Positions 36,273 to 39,743 of a DNA stretch of 39,743 nucleotides are shown in pieces. Location: sequence record DRR723986_7207. One strand, 5' to 3'. The notes below the pieces were generated by a model, which was not told the DNA's origin, searched no databases, and saw nothing but the letters and a program-made list of their open reading frames with translations. How positions within the stretch are numbered: position 1 is the first letter of the stretch; each line of letters begins with the position of its first letter. The position numbers and the translations under genes were made by a program.

Positions 36273-37580
36273 TCAGCCGGACTGGACCTCGTCCAGCCCC
36301 AGCGCAAACAGGGCTGCCGCCGCGCTCATGGCGCCGAGTATGGCAATGACGGCGGTGAGTCCGGCGAAGCTTGCCACCAGGCTGAAGCCACCGCCGAGGA
36401 TCAGCACCACGCCGATGATCGTATTGGACAGCGCCGTGTAAGCCGCGCGGGTCTCTGCCGTTGCCATGTCGACCAGATGGGTGGAGCGCCCGAGGCGCAC
36501 GCCCTGGTAGGCAATCATCAGGATAAAGATCATGGCGGGCAGGCCCGCCGTCGCCGTGAGCAGGCCCGCTGCGTTGAGACCCAGCGTGCCGAACAGGGAG
36601 AGCGCCCCGGCGAGGCCGGTCAGGATCAGGACCTTGCGGCTGGACCGGTCGGCCAGGCGGCCCCAGACATAGGAGCTGAGCAGGCCTGCGCCCGCCGAGG
36701 CGACCACCAGAAGGCCAAGGCCGCCGAACATATTGCGCGCCGACTCCGCCTGCGTCCCCAGCGCCACCATGAAGGGCGGGGCCAGCGCGGTGGACGCGAG
36801 CAGGGCCCGGACCAGGATAAACCGGCGTAGTTGGGCATCGCGGGCCAGCAGGCCGAGATCTTCCGCAAGGCGCCGGGCCGGGCTGGAGCCGGTTTCCCGC
36901 TGGCTTGCCTCTTCGGCGATGCTGGCAAACACCACGGCGCCTGCGATCCAGAGGACGCCAGCCAGCACCAGACCACCGGTGACCAGCGCCAGCCGGTCCT
37001 CCCCCGCAAAGGCCAGCAGCACGCCATAGGCCAGCACGGCGCCCGCGCCGATCGTGCCCGCTGTCCCGGTCGCGGTGCCGCGCCGGGATTTCGCAATCGT
37101 TTTGCCGAGGACATCCTTGTAGGTGACCGAACAGACCGACCGGGCGAGCGCCAGCACGGCCAGCGCGCCGAGGATGACCCAGCCCGCCACCGCACCGGTC
37201 AGCAGCAGGGCAGCCAGTCCCATGGCGATGGCGGCCAGGCCTTCGACCAGCGCGCCGCCGGCCCACGCCCATTTCCGCCGCTTCAATTGGCGTAGCGCCC
37301 CGGCGGTGAACATTTGCGGGAAGAGGGCGCCTGCTTCGCGGATCGGAACCAGAAGACCCAGCAGGCCCGCCGGCGCACCCAGCGCCGTCAGCAGCCAGCT
37401 CAGCACGAGTTTCGGATCGATCAGCCCGTCGGCGATCTTGCTGGCCGACAGGCTGGTCACGTGCCGGAAGAAATTATCCGGCTCGTGTTCGCGGGCGGTA
37501 TCGGAAATATCCAGATTACCGGGCGTTTCGCTCGTTGAGGTCAACAGGCGGAAGACCGCCTTCTTTTTGTCTTGCGCCAT
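36273..37580 (-). CDS. MFS transporter
   Basis: About 12 hydrophobic segments; WGRLADRSSRK motif A-like loop. Confidence 0.8.
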   Translation of the reverse strand: MAQDKKKAVFRLLTSTSETPGNLDISDTAREHEPDNFFRHVTSLSASKIADGLIDPKLVLSWLLTALGAPAGLLGLLVPIREAGALFPQMFTAGALRQLKRRKWAWAGGALVEGLAAIAMGLAALLLTGAVAGWVILGALAVLALARSVCSVTYKDVLGKTIAKSRRGTATGTAGTIGAGAVLAYGVLLAFAGEDRLALVTGGLVLAGVLWIAGAVVFASIAEEASQRETGSSPARRLAEDLGLLARDAQLRRFILVRALLASTALAPPFMVALGTQAESARNMFGGLGLLVVASAGAGLLSSYVWGRLADRSSRKVLILTGLAGALSLFGTLGLNAAGLLTATAGLPAMIFILMIAYQGVRLGRSTHLVDMATAETRAAYTALSNTIIGVVLILGGGFSLVASFAGLTAVIAILGAMSAAAALFALGLDEVQSG

Positions 37581-37745
37581 CGCCCGGTTTGCCCTCAGCC
37601 GTTCGGATCCTGAAAGGATCATGTTTCGTGCACAAAAGACAATTGCAAAGGTACGCCGACGGTTCCGTCACACGCGCCGATCAAACCTTTGTCAGAACGG
37701 CATTTTCCCGCTGGAACGCGTGAGACATGCCGTTAGGGTGCGCGT

Positions 37746-38696
37746 ATGCCAGACACACTTTTTCCAGCGCAGAAATTCTCTCATCCGGACATTACGGCGA
37801 AGGGCGAGACCCGTGCCACCGTGGCGTGGACGGGGCTGAAAACACTGTGGTTCAACACCGGGACGCTCTGCAATATCGAGTGCCGGAACTGCTACATTCT
37901 CTCATCCCCGAAGAATGACCGGCTGGTCTATCTGACGCTCGCCGATGTCATGCCTTACCTGGATGAGATCGACCGGATGACTTCTGGCGAGGTGGAGATC
38001 GGCATCACGGGCGGCGAGCCCTTCATGTGCCCGGATATCCTGCCGATCATGGAGGCGATCCTGTTCCGCGGGCACAGCCTGCTGTTCCTGACCAATGCCA
38101 TGCGTCCGATGATGCGGCCCCGCATCCAGGAAGGCCTCCGGCGCTTGCGCAAGAACGGCCTGGCGGACAAGCTGATCCTCCGGGTCTCCCTCGACAGCCA
38201 TGACCAGGCCCTGCACGACGCCGAACGCGGGGAAGGGGCTTTTGAGGAGGCCTGCGCCGGCCTGCGCTGGATGGCGGACGAAGGCTTTCAGGTCGCCATT
38301 GCCGGACGCCAGTCCCTGCACGAAGACGAGACCGGGGCCCGCGCCGGCTATGGCGCGCTGGCTGCCTCGCTCGGCCTGTCGCTGGACCCGGTCGATCCGA
38401 AACAGCTGGTCCTGTTCCCGGAGATGATCCCGCAGGATGATCCGCCGGAAATCACCACCGCGTGCTGGGGGATCCTGGGCAAGTCACCCGACAACATCAT
38501 GTGCGCAGACCAGCGCATGGTGATCCGCCGCAAGGGCGCGGGACGGGCGAGCGTGACGGCCTGCACGCTTCTTGTGGACGATCCGGCGTTTGAACTGGGG
38601 CACACGCTGAAACAGGCGACTGCCGAGCCGGTGAAGCTGAACCATCCCTGGTGCGCCAGTTTCTGCGTGCTTGGCGGCGGCAGCTGCTCGGCCTGA
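37746..38696 (+). CDS. Radical SAM protein of unknown function
   Basis: CNIECRNC (CX3CX2C), TGGEP, RVSLD; C-terminal Cys-rich tail HPWCASFCVLGGGSCSA. Confidence 0.85.
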   Translation: MPDTLFPAQKFSHPDITAKGETRATVAWTGLKTLWFNTGTLCNIECRNCYILSSPKNDRLVYLTLADVMPYLDEIDRMTSGEVEIGITGGEPFMCPDILPIMEAILFRGHSLLFLTNAMRPMMRPRIQEGLRRLRKNGLADKLILRVSLDSHDQALHDAERGEGAFEEACAGLRWMADEGFQVAIAGRQSLHEDETGARAGYGALAASLGLSLDPVDPKQLVLFPEMIPQDDPPEITTACWGILGKSPDNIMCADQRMVIRRKGAGRASVTACTLLVDDPAFELGHTLKQATAEPVKLNHPWCASFCVLGGGSCSA

Positions 38697-38782
38697 TTCA
38701 CGAGGCCGCGCGCGATCGCAGAGCCTGCTCTTGATGCAAGGGGGGTGGACTGCCACATGGGGGCGCTACAAGGACTCCCGCC

Positions 38783-39706
38783 ATGTCTATGACCTCCAGC
38801 GATTTCGTCGCAAATTTCCAGATCGAGAACCGGCCCGTACGCGGCCGGGCCGTGCGCATGGGCCCGGCAAGCATTTCGCCGATCCTTCACCGGCACGACT
38901 ATCCCGACAATCTCGCCCGCATCCTGGGTGAGGCGGTCATGCTTGCGGCGCTGGTCGGGTCGTCCCTCAAGTTCGAGGGGCGCCTTCTGGTTCAGGCCGA
39001 AGGCGACGGTCCGGTGAAGATGCTGGTCGGCGAATACCGCTCCGACGGCGGTGTGCGCGGCTATGCGCGCTTCGATGCCGATGCCTGGGCGCATCTCGAC
39101 AAGCTGAACAAGGGCGCAGCCCCGCACATGCCCCAGCTGTTCGGCCCTACCGGGCGGCTTGGCCTGATCATCATTCAGGACAATCCGGCGATCCAGCCTT
39201 ACCAGGGCATCGTCCCGCTCGTGAAAGGCACGCTGGCGGAATGCGCGGAAGATTACTTCGACCAGTCCGAGCAGGTCCCGACGCGTATCCGCCTGTCGCT
39301 GGCAGAGTTCGAGCGGCCGGGCGATCCGGCGCTCTGGGTGTCCGGCGGCATGATGATACAGCGGATCGCCGGGGATGAAGCCCGCGGCGACACGGAAGAG
39401 GCGTGGGACGAGGCGCAGGCCCTGTTCGCCACGATCACCGATGCCGAACTTGCCGATCCGGACCTGCCGATGGAACAGCTGCTCTTCCGCCTGTTCCACG
39501 AGCAGGGAGTCCGGATGGAGCCGCCACAGGTGCTGGACGACCGCTGCACCTGCAATGAGGAGCGCCTCATTGCGACGCTGCAGAACATGCCCGACGATGG
39601 CCTGCGGGATCTCGTCGAAGACGACGGCAATCTGTCCATCGACTGCCAGTTCTGCGGCCGGCACTACACTGTGCCGATCGAAAAGGTGACCGGCGCGTCG
39701 AACTAG
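38783..39706 (+). CDS. hslO: Hsp33 redox-regulated chaperone
   Basis: YQGIVPL, YFDQSEQVPT, and the Zn centre CTC...CQFC. Confidence 0.95.
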   Translation: MSMTSSDFVANFQIENRPVRGRAVRMGPASISPILHRHDYPDNLARILGEAVMLAALVGSSLKFEGRLLVQAEGDGPVKMLVGEYRSDGGVRGYARFDADAWAHLDKLNKGAAPHMPQLFGPTGRLGLIIIQDNPAIQPYQGIVPLVKGTLAECAEDYFDQSEQVPTRIRLSLAEFERPGDPALWVSGGMMIQRIAGDEARGDTEEAWDEAQALFATITDAELADPDLPMEQLLFRLFHEQGVRMEPPQVLDDRCTCNEERLIATLQNMPDDGLRDLVEDDGNLSIDCQFCGRHYTVPIEKVTGASN

Positions 39707-39743
39707 AATGGCCGCCTCATCTCCCGCCGCAATTGCGGCGGGA

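Noticed and set aside
39708-39743. Perfect 22-bp palindrome TCCCGCCGCAATTGCGGCGGGA after hslO, and ATG at 39708
   Set aside because: Cut by the window end; cannot distinguish a terminator from the start of the next gene.
1-39743. CRISPR array, IS element, prophage or integrase
   Set aside because: No regularly spaced repeats, transposase, terminal repeats or phage genes seen.

Overview
GC-rich alphaproteobacterial chromosomal segment. The gene set and order look Caulobacterales/Hyphomonas-like, which is an inference. It is mostly core genome: hflK (partial), Mrp/ApbC, folA, thyA, recF-dnaN-dnaA-rpsT, hisS-hisZ-hisG, argD, argF, the carboxy(nor)spermidine dehydrogenase/decarboxylase pair and hslO. 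Small accessory genes are interleaved: a HigBA-type toxin-antitoxin pair, aqpZ, a SRAP protein, a TadG-like vWA protein, a P450/TetR/rubredoxin unit, a cytochrome b with a membrane-anchored LuxR regulator, an MFS transporter and a radical SAM protein. I found no IS, integrase, CRISPR array, tRNA or rRNA. The most interesting signals are outside the ORF track or in residue detail: (1) a highly diverged DnaA whose arginine-finger position reads Glu, next to an AT-rich, palindrome-rich upstream region; (2) a 12-codon His6 leader peptide with competing hairpins upstream of hisS-hisZ-hisG; (3) two convergent candidate sRNAs downstream of hisG, one exposing GGGAGGAAAC, and a hairpin 7 kb away exposing the exact complement GUUUCCUCCC, a possible sRNA/sponge pair; (4) two small proteins missing from the track, a 59-aa rubredoxin and a 27-aa Cys-rich hydrophobic peptide.
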